A DNA stretch of 64,000 nt from positions 9,486,001-9,550,000 of the forward strand of contig NC_134031.1 of the NCBI RefSeq assembly GCF_964204645.1. Reading direction: 5' to 3'. This document shows, piece by piece, positions 51,187-64,000 of the stretch. A model generated the notes under the pieces. The model saw only the letters and a program-made list of their open reading frames with translations. It did not search any database and was not told the DNA's origin. Every line of letters starts with the position of its first letter. Within the stretch, counting starts at the first letter, position 1. This stretch comes from Tubulanus polymorphus (taxonomy: Eukaryota; Animalia; Nemertea). Made by a program: the position numbers and the translations under genes.

Positions 51187-52521
51187 TATGTAGGCCTATG
51201 TATATGCGTAGGCCTAACATCCGGACAGATTGGTCGTAGGCCTATTGAATAACAACCCACCTAAATATCGTTAATTTTGTTTTGAAGTTCAATCCAATGA
51301 GTCCGTTAATAAAGGCAACAATTATACTGTGTTTTAGTATAGCTCAGTACCGGTAGGCCTAAAGCCGCGTAAAACTCGATAAACACTTCAAGCGACACAG
51401 CGAACGATCTCCTTTCCCCCACAGCGAACGCTTACTCCGAATGTCAAGTGTGAGTCCAGCATACGGAAAGGAGTGTGTTATATACTTGTTTTTAGTAAAT
51501 ACCTTGTGCATTTGACAATGATCGGTATGTACTGTAGGAAATATAGAGTATTGATGGTATTGGTATAGAGTTTGAAGCCCGCGGCCGAATAAAGTAATAT
51601 ATTCTTTTATTTTGATACCTCGTCGACATAACAGCTTTTCTCCACTATATCTCTTCAGCGTGTTTGGTTTAGGCCTACGATTCCCCGGTACACTAAAGAT
51701 TTATCTTAGTAAATGCACGGTTAATTTGGTAAAGAAAAATAGGTATTGTTAAACTAACTCCTTGAAACCCGCAGCCAAATCACTGGTAGTAATAAATTAA
51801 TTTGTACTCGATTTGATTCTCATGATGAGGAGAAACTCGCAGCTGATCCCCGGAACGACGATGTAGTAACACACGTCGATTCGTCGGTGTTTACGGCTCG
51901 ACAGAGCTTTTAAAATCTAAAGTAGTAAATTTCCAGTGTATCGGTAATATGATCTGATGAGGAAAATGGGCTATTGTTAAAATCACTGCTTGAAGACCGC
52001 GACTGAATGTGAAGTCTGCGGCAATAAATTAGTTCATTTATACTTGAATTGATAATCGAAGTGACAGTCGGCCTGCGGGTTGATTTCGGGATGACGACTC
52101 GAAAAACATGTCGCCCCATTGAATGGGGCTAAATTTTCGATGTTTACGGCCCGACAGCGCTTTTGTAACGATGATTCGTGAAAAAACACGCGGGCTATTT
52201 GTAGATCTCAGTGAGCTGAACGATATTATATGGATTGTATATGAAACAGCGGTAAGGTAACAAAGCCTATGTTCTTTTGGTAAAAATAGTGTGGAAGAAA
52301 ATAATAATAATAAATATAGCTGCAAAGCAGCGATAACGGGTTTTCTGCACAGTCTTAGAATCCTGATCAACGGTGGATTTTGACGAAGCATTTGATAACG
52401 AACAACATCAGCCATTACTAAACAGGCTATTAGGAAACAGTATCAATGATAGGTCGCCCAAATGGCTCAGCACTTATCTCTGAACGAAAACTTGTAGCTG
52501 AAATCAACGGAACGCCTCATC

Positions 52522-53827
52522 TTGGAATAAGTCGGTCAAACTAGTGGAGTCACGCAAGGTAGTATCCTAAGTTGTCTTCTGTTTATTGTCCTGACAAATG
52601 GCATACACAGTAATCCAACATATACCAGACCGAGTAAATTTCCAAATCGACCTTAACACGTTGTTCGACCAAAAAACTTTATGTTCCAACAAGAAAATCT
52701 TGTTCGAATGAAAATAATTCTGTTTGATCGAACAATACGCTTTTTGCTTGAACCAAAAATTTTCTTCATTCTGACAAAAAATGTGTTCGAATAAAAAGCT
52801 ATGATATTGTTGAAATGAAAAAAAATTTGGTTGAGCGAAAACAATTTTTTTCGAACGAATGTTTGAATGAAAACAATTCTGTTCGATTGAATGAAATACT
52901 TAATACTTTCGGTTCGGAGAAAAAACTTTTTTCAATATACTTGTTCGAACGAAAAACTTAATGTTCTGACAAGAAAATTCTGTTCAAATTAAAACGATTC
53001 TGTTCAATTGAACGATTGTTCGAACGAAAAACCTTTCGTTTGGACAAAAAAAAGTTTGTACAACTTTGTTCTAACGATTTTTTCAAATTGGTTCAATTGT
53101 ATAGAATATTATTGGTTCGAACGAAATAAATTTTGTTCCGATGAAAGAATTTTCAAGCGAAAGGTCTTTTGAACGAAAAAAAAAGATATTTCTGGTGCTC
53201 CGCAGTAACTTAAAGCCAGACGTAGGTTGTTCTTGTGACACGATGCGATCCTCGCGTTGCATCGCGAGTTTCGATGCAAATCGCTTGCAATACGATTGTG
53301 TGCGACTAGTTTCTGCCAGTCGCAAGACCGCGTCGGTTGGTTGTGACAGTCGTGTCGCGTCGCAGAAAGTAGAACACGTACGACTCCATTTGACCGGCGT
53401 TGCTGAAAGATGAGGACGCCAGTGATATGACGACTGAGTTTCAAGTCGTCAAAACGTCACGATATGTCGACATATTCATGTCGAATTGATGCGATATATC
53501 GACATAAATATGGCGACTTATCGAGTTGGAACGCAACAACTCGAGGCCCTTTATCGCTTCCGTAGATCTTTCATTAAGTAGGATCACTTGAATGATCGCT
53601 TTAATATCACTTTAAAAAAAAAAGAATCTGCCAAAATGACCTTAATATTCAACACTATATCTATGGAAGCGATAAGGGGCCTCGAGATGACGCGTTCCAA
53701 CTCGACAAGTCGCCATATTATTGTTGACATATCGCGATAAATCGACATATTCATGACGACTTGAAACTCAGTCGTCATATTACTGGCGTCCTCATCTTAC
53801 ATTTAGACATGTCTTCAAATGACGGCT
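52522..53827. repeat. Left arm of a large inverted duplication
   Basis: Reverse complement of 59886-61305. Confidence 0.85.
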
Positions 53828-54079
53828 TGTCCCGTGGAAAATGAGCAAATAAGCGAAATTTGTCGTGAAAACGTCACGATATGTAGACATATTCATGTGG
53901 ACTTGACGCGATATATCGCGATATATCGACATAAATATGGCGACTTGTCGAGTTTGAACGCGACAACTCGAGGCCCTTTATCGCTTCCGTACTATATCAG
54001 ATTAATCGACTTCAAAATAGGCGAAAGCATAAGTCTTTATTACGTTATTAATTGGCCTAATTATTCAAAAGCTAATAAT

Positions 54080-57000
54080 GTGGGCGACAAAAAACCAAAA
54101 AAATTAATTGTCGCGGGCGATAAAATCAAAATAATCAATTTTCGCGGGCGATAAAACCAAAATAATAAATTGTCGTAGGCGATAAAACCAAAAAAATGAA
54201 TTGTCGCGGGCGATAAAACCAAAATATTGTTTTGTCGCGGGTGACAAAACCATATAAATGAATTGTCGCAGGCGATAAAACCAAAATAATGAATTGTCGC
54301 AGGCGATAAAACCAAAATAATGAATTGTCGCGGGCGATAAAACCAAAATAATGAATTGTCGTGGGCGACAAATCCAAAAAATGAATTGTCGCGGGCGATA
54401 AAACCAAAATCTTGAATTGTCGCTATTGCGCGTGCGACAAAACCAAAATAATGAATTGTCACAGGCGATAAAACCAAAATAATGAATTGTCGCGGGCGAT
54501 AAAACCAGAATATTGAATTGTCGTGGGCGACAAAACCAAAATATTGTTTTGTCGCGGGTGACAAAACCATATAAATGAATTGTCGCAGGCGATAAAACCA
54601 AAATCACGAATTGTCGCAGGCGATAAAACCAAAATAATGAATTGTCGCTGGCGATAAAACCAAAATATTGAATTGTCGCTGGCGACAAATCCAAAGAATG
54701 AATTGTCGCGGCAGAAAAACCAAAATCTTGAATTGTCGCGGGTGACAAAACCAAATTAATGAATTGTCGCGGGCGATAAAACCAAATTAATGAATTGTCG
54801 CGGGCGATAAAACCAAAATAATGAATTTCGCGGGCGATAAAACCAAAATAATGAATTGTCGCGGGCGATAAAACCAAAATATTGAATTGTCGTGGGCGAC
54901 AAATCCAAAAAATGAATTGTCGCGGGCGATAAAACCAAAATCTTGAATTGTCGCTATTGTCGCGTGCGACAAAACCAAAATAATGAATTGTCACGGGCGA
55001 TAAAACCAAAATATTGTTTTGTCGCGGGTGACAAAACCATATAAATGAATTGTCGCAGGCGATAAAACCAAAATCATGAATTGTCGCAGGCGATAAAACC
55101 AAAATAATGAATTGTCGCTGGCGATAAAACCAAAATATTGAATTGTCGCTGGCGACAAATCCAAAGAATGAATTGTCGCGGCAGAAAAACCAAAATCTTG
55201 AATTGTCGCGGGTGACAAAACCAAATTAATGAATTGTCGCGGGCGATAAAACCAAATTAATGAATTGTCGCGGGCGATAAAACCAAAATAATGAATTTCG
55301 CGGGCGATAAAACCAAAATAATGAATTGTCGCGGGCGATAAAACCAAAATATTGAATTGTCGTGGGCGACAAATCCAAAAAATGAATTGTCGCGGGCGAT
55401 AAAACCAAAATCTTGAATTGTCGCTATTGTCGCGTGCGACAAAACCAAAATAATGAATTGTCACGGGCGATAAAACCAAAATAATGAATTGTCGCGGGCG
55501 ATAAAACCAGAATATTGAATTGTCGTGGGCGACAAAACCAAAATATTGTTTTGTCGCGGGTGACAAAACCAAATAAATGAATTGTCGCAGGCGATAAAAC
55601 CAAAATAATGAATTGTCGCAGGCGATAAAACCAAAATAATGAATTGTCGCTGGCGATAAAACCAAAATATTGAATTGTCGCGGCAGAAAAACCAAAATCT
55701 TGAATTGTCGCGGGTGACAAAACCAAATTAATGAATTGTCGCGGGCGATAAAACCAAATTAATGAATTGTCGCGGGCGATAAAACCAAAATAATGAATTT
55801 CGCGGGCGATAAAACCAAAATAATGTATTGTCGCGGGCGACAAAACCAGAAAAATGAATTGTCGCGGGCGATAAAACCAAAATAATGAATTGTCGCGGGC
55901 GACAAAACCAAAATATTCAATCGTCGCGGGCAACAAAACAAAACTAATGAATTGTTGTGGGCGATAAAACCAAAATAATAAATTGTCGTAGGCGATAAAA
56001 CCAAAAAAATGAATTGTCGCGGGCGATAAAACCAAAATCATGAATTGTCGCGGGCGACAAAACCAAAATATTCAATTGTCGCGGGCGACAAAACCAAACT
56101 AATGAATTGTCGCAGGCGATAAAACCAAATTATTGAAGTGTCCCAGGCGATAAAACCGCGACAAAAAGAAGAAAAAAATTGTCGCGGGCGATAAAACCAA
56201 AATAATGAATTGTCGCGGGCGATAAAACCAAAATATTGAATTGTCGTGGGCGACAAATCCAAAAAATGAATTGTCGCGGGCGATAAAACCAAAATCTTGA
56301 ATTGTCACTATTGTCGCGTGCGACAAAACCAAAATAATGAATTGTCGGGGGCGATAAAACCAAAATAATAAATTGTCGTAGGCGATAAAACCAAAAAAAT
56401 GAATTGTTGCGGGCGATAAAACCAAAATCATGAATTGTCGCGGGCGACAAAACCAAAATATTCAATTGTCGCGGGCGACAAAACCAAACTAATGAATTAT
56501 CGCAGGCGATGAAACCAAAATATTGAAGTGTCGTAGGCGATAAAACCGCGACAAAAAGAAAAAAAATTGTCGCGGGCGATAAAACCAAAATAATGAATTG
56601 TCGCGGGCGATAAAACCAAAATATTGAATTGTCGTGAGCGACAAATCCAAAAAATGAATTGTCGCGGGCGATAAAACCAAAATCTTGAATTGTCGCTATT
56701 GTCGCGTGCGACAAAACCAAAATAATGAATTGTCACGGGCGATAAAACCAAAATTATGAATTGTCGCGGGCGATAAAACCAGAATATTGAATTGTCGTGG
56801 GCGACAAAACCAAAATATTGTTTTGTCGCGGGTGACAAAACCAAATTAATGAATTGTCGCGGGCGATAAAACCAAAATCTTGAATTGTCGCTATTGTCGC
56901 GTGCGACAAAACCAAAATAATGAATTGTCGCGGGCGATAAAACCAAAATAATAAATTGTCGTAGGCGATAAAACCAAAAAAATGAATTGTCGCGGGCGAT

Positions 57001-59505
57001 AAAACCAAAATCATGAATTGTCGCGGGCGACAAAACCAAAATATTCAATTGTCGCGGGCGACAAAACCAAACTAATGAATTATCGCAGGCGATAAAACTA
57101 AAATATTGAAGTGTCGTAGGCGATAAAACCGCGACAAAAAGAAAAGAAAATTGTCGCGGGCGATAAAACCAAAATAATGAATTGTCGCGGGCGATAAAAC
57201 CAAAATATTGAATTGTCGTGGGCGACAAATCCAAAAAATGAATTGTCGCGGGCGATAAAACCAAAATTTTGAATTGACGCTATTGTCACGTGCGACAAAA
57301 CCAAAATAATGAATTGTCGCGGGCGATAAAACCAAAATAATGCATTGTCGCGGGCGATAAAACCAGAATATTGAATTGTCGTGGGCGACAAAACCAAAAT
57401 ATTGTTTTGTCGCGGGTGACAAAACCAAATTAATGAATTGTCGCGGGCGATAAAACCAAAATAATGAATTGTCGCGGGCGATAAAACCAAAATAATGCAT
57501 TGTCGCGGGCGATAAAACCAGAATATTGAATTGTCGTGGGCGACAAAACCAAAATATTGTTTTGTCGCGGGTGACAAAACCAAATTAATGAATTGTCGCG
57601 GGTGACAAAACCAAATTAATGAATTGTCGCTGGCGATAAAACCAAAATATTGAATTGTCGCGGGCGACAAATCCAAAGAATGAATTGTCGCGGTGACAAA
57701 ACCAAATTAATGAATTGTCGCGGGCGATAAAACCAAATTTATGAATTGTTGCGGGCGATAAAACCAAAATAATGAATTTCGCGGGCGATAAAACCAAAAT
57801 AATGAATTGTCGCGGGCGACAAAACCAAAAAAATGAATTGTCGCGGGCGACAAAACCAAAAAAATGAATTGTCGCGGGCGACAAAACCAAAATATTCAAT
57901 TGTCGCGGGCAACAAAACCAAACTAATGAATTGTTGTGGGCGATAAAACCAAAATAATAAATTGTCGTAGGCGATAAAACCAAAATAATGAATTGTCGCG
58001 GGCGATAAAACCAAAATAATGAATTGTCGCGGGCGATAAAACCAAAATCTTGAATTGTCGCTATTGTCGCGTGCGACAAAACCAAAATAATGAATTGTCG
58101 CGGGCGATAAAACCAAAATAATGAATTGTCGCGGGCGATAAAACCAAAATAATGAATTGTCGTTGGCGATAAAACCAAAATATTGAATTGTCGCGGGCGA
58201 CAAATCCAAAATCTTGAATTGTCGCTATTGTCGCGTGCGACAAAACCAAAATAATGAATTGTCGCGGGCGATAAAACCAAAATAATGAATTGTCGCGGGC
58301 GATAAAACCAAAATATTGAATTGTCGTGGGCGACAAATCCAAAAAATGAATTGTCGCGGGCGATAAAACCAAAATTTTGAATTGACGCTATTGTCACGTG
58401 CGACAAAACCAAAATAATGAATTGTCGCGGGCGATAAAACCAAAATAATGCATTGTCGCGGGCGATAAAACCAGAATATTGAATTGTTGTGGGCGACAAA
58501 ACCAAAATATTGTTTTGTCGCGGGTGACAAAACCAAATTAATGAATTGTTGCGGGCGATAAAACCAAAATAATGAATTGTCGCGGGCGATAAAACCAAAA
58601 TAATGCATTGTCGCGGGCGATAAAACCAGAATATTGAATTGTCGTGGGCGACAAAACCAAAATATTGTTTTGTCGCGGGTGACAAAACCAAATTAATGAA
58701 TTGTCGCGGGTGACAAAACCAAATTAATGAATTGTCGCTGGCGATAAAACCAAAATATTGAATTGTCGCGGGCGACAAATCCAAAGAATGAATTGTCGCG
58801 GCAGAAAAACCAAAATCTTGAATTGTCGCGGTGACAAAACCAAATTAATGAATTGTCGCGGGCGATAAAACCAAATTTATGAATTGTTGCGGGCGATAAA
58901 ACCAAAATAATGAATTTCGCGGGCGATAAAACCAAAATAATGAATTGTCGCGGGCGACAAAACCAAAAAAATGAATTGTCGCGGGCGACAAAACCAAAAT
59001 ATTCAATTGTCGCGGGCAACAAAACCAAACTAATGAATTGTTGTGGGCGATAAAACCAAAATAATAAATTGTCGTAGGCGATAAAACCAAAATAATGAAT
59101 TGTCGCGGGCGATAAAACCAAAATAATGAATTGTCGCGGGCGATAAAACCAAAATCTTGAATTGTCGCTATTGTCGCGTGCGACAAAACCAAAATAATGA
59201 ATTGTCGCGGGCGATAAAACCAAAATAATGAATTGTCGCGGGCGATAAAACCAAAATAATGAATTGTCGTTGGCGATAAAACCAAAATATTGAATTGTCG
59301 CGGGCGACAAATCCAAAGAATGAATTGTCGCGGCAGAAAAACCAAAATCTTGAATTGTCGCGGGTGACAAAACCAAATTAATGCATTGTTGCGGGCGATA
59401 AAACCAAATTAATGAATTGTCCATGCGATAAAATCAAAATAATGAATTTCGCGGGCGATAAAACCAAAATAATGAATTGTCGCGGGCGACAAAACCAAAA
59501 TTATT
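54080..59505. repeat. 31-bp satellite array 2 (~5.4 kb)
   Basis: Same unit as array 1; 470-bp and ~1.1-kb higher-order repeats; same unique terminal segment follows (to ~59603). Confidence 0.95.
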
Positions 59506-59885
59506 GTTTTGTCGCGTTATTTTAGTTTTGTCGTTTTGTCATAATGTCGCCCTCATTTGCATATACGTGTTTTTTTACGCATGGCCCTTATCAGCCACCA
59601 TACTAAAGCCTTAAGGTCGCCTACGTAAAACTCGATAAACACTTCAAGCGACACAGCGAACGATCTCCTTTCCCCCACAGCGAACGCTTAACCTAGTAGA
59701 GGCTACTAGCCTATGTAGGCCTATGTATATGCGTAGGCCTAACATCCGGACAGATTGGTCGTAGGCCTATTGAATTTAACAACCCACCTAAATATCGTAA
59801 ATTTTGTTTTGAAGTTCAATCCAATGAGTCCGTTAATAAACGCAACAATTGTACTGTGTTTGTTTGATCAGGGAAGTGTGATGAG

Positions 59886-61305
59886 AGCTGTCATTTGAAG
59901 ACATGTCTAAATGTAAGATGAGGACGCTAGTAATATGACGACTGAGTTTCAAGTCGTCATGAATATGTCGACTTATCGCGAGGAAAATGGTCGAGAAAAC
60001 GAAATATGTCGTAAAAACGTCACGATATATCGACATATTCATGTCGACTTGACGCGATATATCGCGGTATGTCGACATAAATATGGCGACTTGTCGAGTT
60101 GGAACGCGACATCTCGAGGCCCCTTATCGCTTCTGTACATATAGTGTCGAATATTAAGGTCATTTTGGCAGATTCTTTTTTTTTTAAAGTGATATTAAAG
60201 CGATCATTCAAGTGATCCTACTTAATGAAAGATCTACGGAAGCGATAAAGGGCCTCGAGTTGTCGCGTTCAAACACGACAAGTCGCCATATTTATGTCGA
60301 TATATCGCGATATATCGCATCAAGTCAACATAAATATGTTGACACAACGTGACGTTTTGACGAATTGAAACTCAGTCGTCATATCACTGGCGTCCTCATC
60401 TTTCAGCAACGCCAGTCACATGGAGTCGTACGTGTTCTACTTTCTGCGACGCGACACGACTGTCACAACCAACCGACGCGCTCTTGCGACTGGCAGAAAC
60501 TAGTCGCACACAATCGTATTGCAACCGACTTGCACTGAAACTTGCGATGCAACGCGAGGATCGCATCGTGTCACAAGACCAACCTACATCCGGCTTTAAG
60601 TTACTGCGGAGCACCAGTAATATCTTTTTTTTCGTTCAAAAGACCTTTCGCTTGAAAATTCTTTCGTCGGAACAAAATGTATTTCGTTCGAACCAATAAT
60701 ATTCTATACGATTGAACCAATTTGAAAAAATCGTAAGAACAAATATGAACAAACTTTTTTTTGTCCAAACGAAAGGTTTTTCGTTCGAACAATCGTTCAA
60801 TTGAACAGAATCTTTTTTAATTTGAACAGAATTTTCTTGTCAAAACATTAAGTTTTTCGTTCGAACAAGTATATTGAAAAAAATTTTTTCTCCAAACCGA
60901 AAGTATGAAGTATTTCGTTCAATCGAACAGAATTGTTTTCATTCAAACATTCGTTCGAAAAAATTGTTTTTGCTCGACCAAATTTTTTTGCCGGGACTTA
61001 AAATTTTTCATTTCAACAATAACATAGCTTTTTATTCGAACACATTTTTTTGTCAGAATGAAGAAAATTTTTGGTTCAAGCAAAAAGCGTATTGTTCGAT
61101 CAAACAGAATTATTTTCATTCGAACAAGATTTTCTTGTTGGAACATTAAGTTTTTTGGTCGAACAGCGTGTTAAGGTCGATTTGGAAATTTACTCGGTGT
61201 GGTATATGTTGGATTACTGTGTATGTCATTTGTCAGGACATTAAACAGAAGACAACTTAGGATACTACCTTGCGTGACTCCACTAGTTTGACCGACTTAT
61301 TCCAA
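59886..61305. repeat. Right arm of a large inverted duplication
   Basis: Reverse complement of 52522-53827 with indels. Confidence 0.85.
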
Positions 61306-61589
61306 AATTATTGTTTTGTCGCGTTATTTTAGTTTTGTCGTTTTGTCATAATGTCGCCCTCATTTGCATATACGTGTTTTTTTACGCATGGCCCTTATCA
61401 GCCACCATACTAAAGCCTTAAGGTCGCGTAAAACTCGATAAACACTTCAAGCGACACAGCGAACGATCTCCTTTCACCTTCAGCGAACGCTTAACCTAGT
61501 AGAGGCTAGAGGCTACTAGCCTATGTAGGCCTATGTATATGCGTAGGCCTAACATCCGGACAGATTGGTCGTAGGCCTATTGAATTTAT

Positions 61590-63558
61590 AATTTGATAAT
61601 TTTCAGATGTTTTAGCTTATAGTTTAAAATCATATTTTCTTACATTTACACCATTCGTAGCATTATATTCTTCTATTTTTTGATTAATTGCACCCAATTT
61701 TCCCGATAATTGTTTTATAAATATATGGGTATCATAGCCTGATAAATTATGAAATAATATTGGTACGAAATTAACTTTCTTAGCTTGTAAATTGCAATCT
61801 TCATGAGCAGCTCCACGATATTTTGAATTTAAATGATCATGATCTCTAACTTTTTTATCAAATGAATAAAAACGTTTTTCACAATAACAACAATGAGTTG
61901 CATAATTAAAATCAATTTCATCTTCTTTTGTCATAACTATTCTTTTATTTTTGTTTAATAATTTTGCAAAATCACTTTCTAATTCAATCATTTTGTCACA
62001 AAAATCATTAACTACATTTTCACCTCTAAAAGAAATATATTGACTTTCATATAATTCAGGATAATTTGATTTTATATAAATTCCATAAGCAGCAGCTCTT
62101 TGATGAACTTTTTTAATTGTATTTATAATTGGCGGGTCTTGTGTTGTGTCTTCATTTAATTCATTTCCTTTATCCATTTGATTTTAATAATTGCTTTTTG
62201 TTATATATTTCTTTTCTATCTTGATCAGTTAATTCTTTATTCAACGATTCAAAATCCCCATAAATTACAAATGGAACAATATTTTTAAATTTATGATTAG
62301 TAAATTTCAATTTATAATCTTTTTCTGTTGGCATTATTAATTTGCAAAAATCTTTATTATCACATAATTCTTTATGTTTTGATAATGTATTCTCAGTCAT
62401 AAATTTAGATAAACATTTTCTACATAGATAAATTTTACGATGATGATCACTTTCTGTTCTAAAGAATGAATCAATTTGTTTTAACCACATATAATGTTCA
62501 TTTTCATCTTTTTTGTAATATAACAAATCTATAGCATTTTCATCATCATAATATTCTGTTAAATATAAAGCTTCCAATGTATAATCTTTAATATTTTCAC
62601 CTTTTGTCTTTGGTAATTGCATTAATTCGAATACATTTATTTTTAAATCATTAACTTTTTCTATTTTAGGAATCATTTTTATAGTTACTGGATATTGATC
62701 AATTTTATATAATGTTTCGTATTTCCGGTAATTTGTTATTCTAAAACTATGTGTCATATCTTCTGTTGGGTGTAAGCAACTAATAATTGACCATAGAAAA
62801 CATTTATTATCTTCATTTTGAATATTTATTACTGCTTGTGTTGTAAATGGTAATTTAAAATAAGATGATGCTTTAGTATCCTTTTCTGTTGTAAAGTTTG
62901 AATCATTTTTAAACATTTTATTACTTTTTGATGTTTTATTTCTTTTTGGATTATAAACATTTAAATCTAAATATATAAATTCATTCAATGTTAAGCCAGA
63001 ACCCTCAAAATATCTTCCTTCAATATGACGTTTAAATTCGTTAAATATTTTTTCTAACTTAATGTAATGTTTCTAAAATTTCAATTGTATCTTTTATTTC
63101 TAGTGAATCAATATAATTTCTAACATTTTCCATGTAAGGTTTATTTGAAATGGATTTAGTTTTTGAAGTTGGTTTTTTTACTTTTTGAGGTTTATCGTCA
63201 AAATAATCTTTTCCTAAAACATTATTACTCAAATTTTGATGGTGTTTTTGTGATTCGAGATGTCTATTATAATTCCTTTTTACTATAAATTCATTACAAA
63301 CTTCACATTTTATTTCATCCACATTCATATTTTCTAATCTTTCTTTTCTTTCATTGGAATTTTCTGGAGTTTCGAAATCTATTACATTTTTTATATGATT
63401 TGCAGTTTTTTCGTGTCGTGTTTAATGAGATGTATCAACGTATTTTTTTACAATATGTGCAATAATATTGATTTTTATTAACATTATTATTTTCTGGCTG
63501 GTGTTCATTCTCCCCCATTTATTAGGGGAAAAAATTACTTGTGGTGATGAGTGGTGTC
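61590..63558 (-). pseudogene. polB: Polinton-like virus copy C: 5' half of pPolB, same lineage as copy A
   Basis: Highly similar to ~34790-36926; ATG at 63518; NKCFLWSII, YGDFES, KVRDHDH..GAAHEDCN, FHNLSGYD. Confidence 0.9.
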
Positions 63559-64000
63559 ATACTAGTTAGCGTCCGAAAATGTCAACGTCGGTGATACCTT
63601 GTTATCGTCGATATTTAACGCGGGAACGGTCCAAAGTCAGTTTATACACCACATACATTTCAAATTGGAGGTCCCTTGTACATGTACATCACATCGTGAC
63701 GCAGCGGCGATGGTAATGTCATAGAAGAACAAAGTCAGTTGAAAATACCTACCCACTGCACCGATAAAGAATGATTGCTAGCCAGAGACCAGTGACAGGC
63801 AGTAACGGGGAGTGATGACTGAAACAGTTTACACTTCTATGATAATGCGAAAACAAACGCCGCGGTTATAAACCGGCTTTCTTGAATTTTGAAACCGGAA
63901 TGCATAAATATGATACAACGCACACAAAGACTGATAAAATAGCCTTTCTCAAATTATCCTCCAAACTGTTCACAACCACGCTAATGTGAACCTACCGAAC

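Overview
Repeat-dense eukaryotic, probably invertebrate animal, nuclear DNA; no host protein-coding gene could be recognised. The first ~26 kb hold a rearranged Penelope-like element with hammerhead ribozymes, a full-length two-LTR Gypsy element, a second decayed Gypsy, and several non-autonomous DNA transposons. From 26.5 to 63.6 kb lies a cluster of very AT-rich endogenous Polinton-like (adintovirus-like) virus copies. Copy A (29.1-36.9 kb, -) and copy B (37.7-47.4 kb, +) sit head-to-head, with fragments at 26.6 kb and 61.6-63.6 kb, interleaved with 31-bp satellite arrays and composite repeats. Three features stand out. (1) The protein-primed PolB of copy A carries a LAGLIDADG intein in the catalytic D|TDS motif (pol-c site), while copy B has the empty site. 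(2) Copy A encodes an intact zinc-finger protein whose C-terminal half resembles poxvirus late transcription factor VLTF3/A2. (3) 13 of 15 identifiable viral starts are preceded by the poxvirus-late-promoter-like TAAATG. Together these suggest, by inference, a virophage-like element that depends on a pox-like/NCLDV helper. All homology calls are by eye and from memory; no database search was run.
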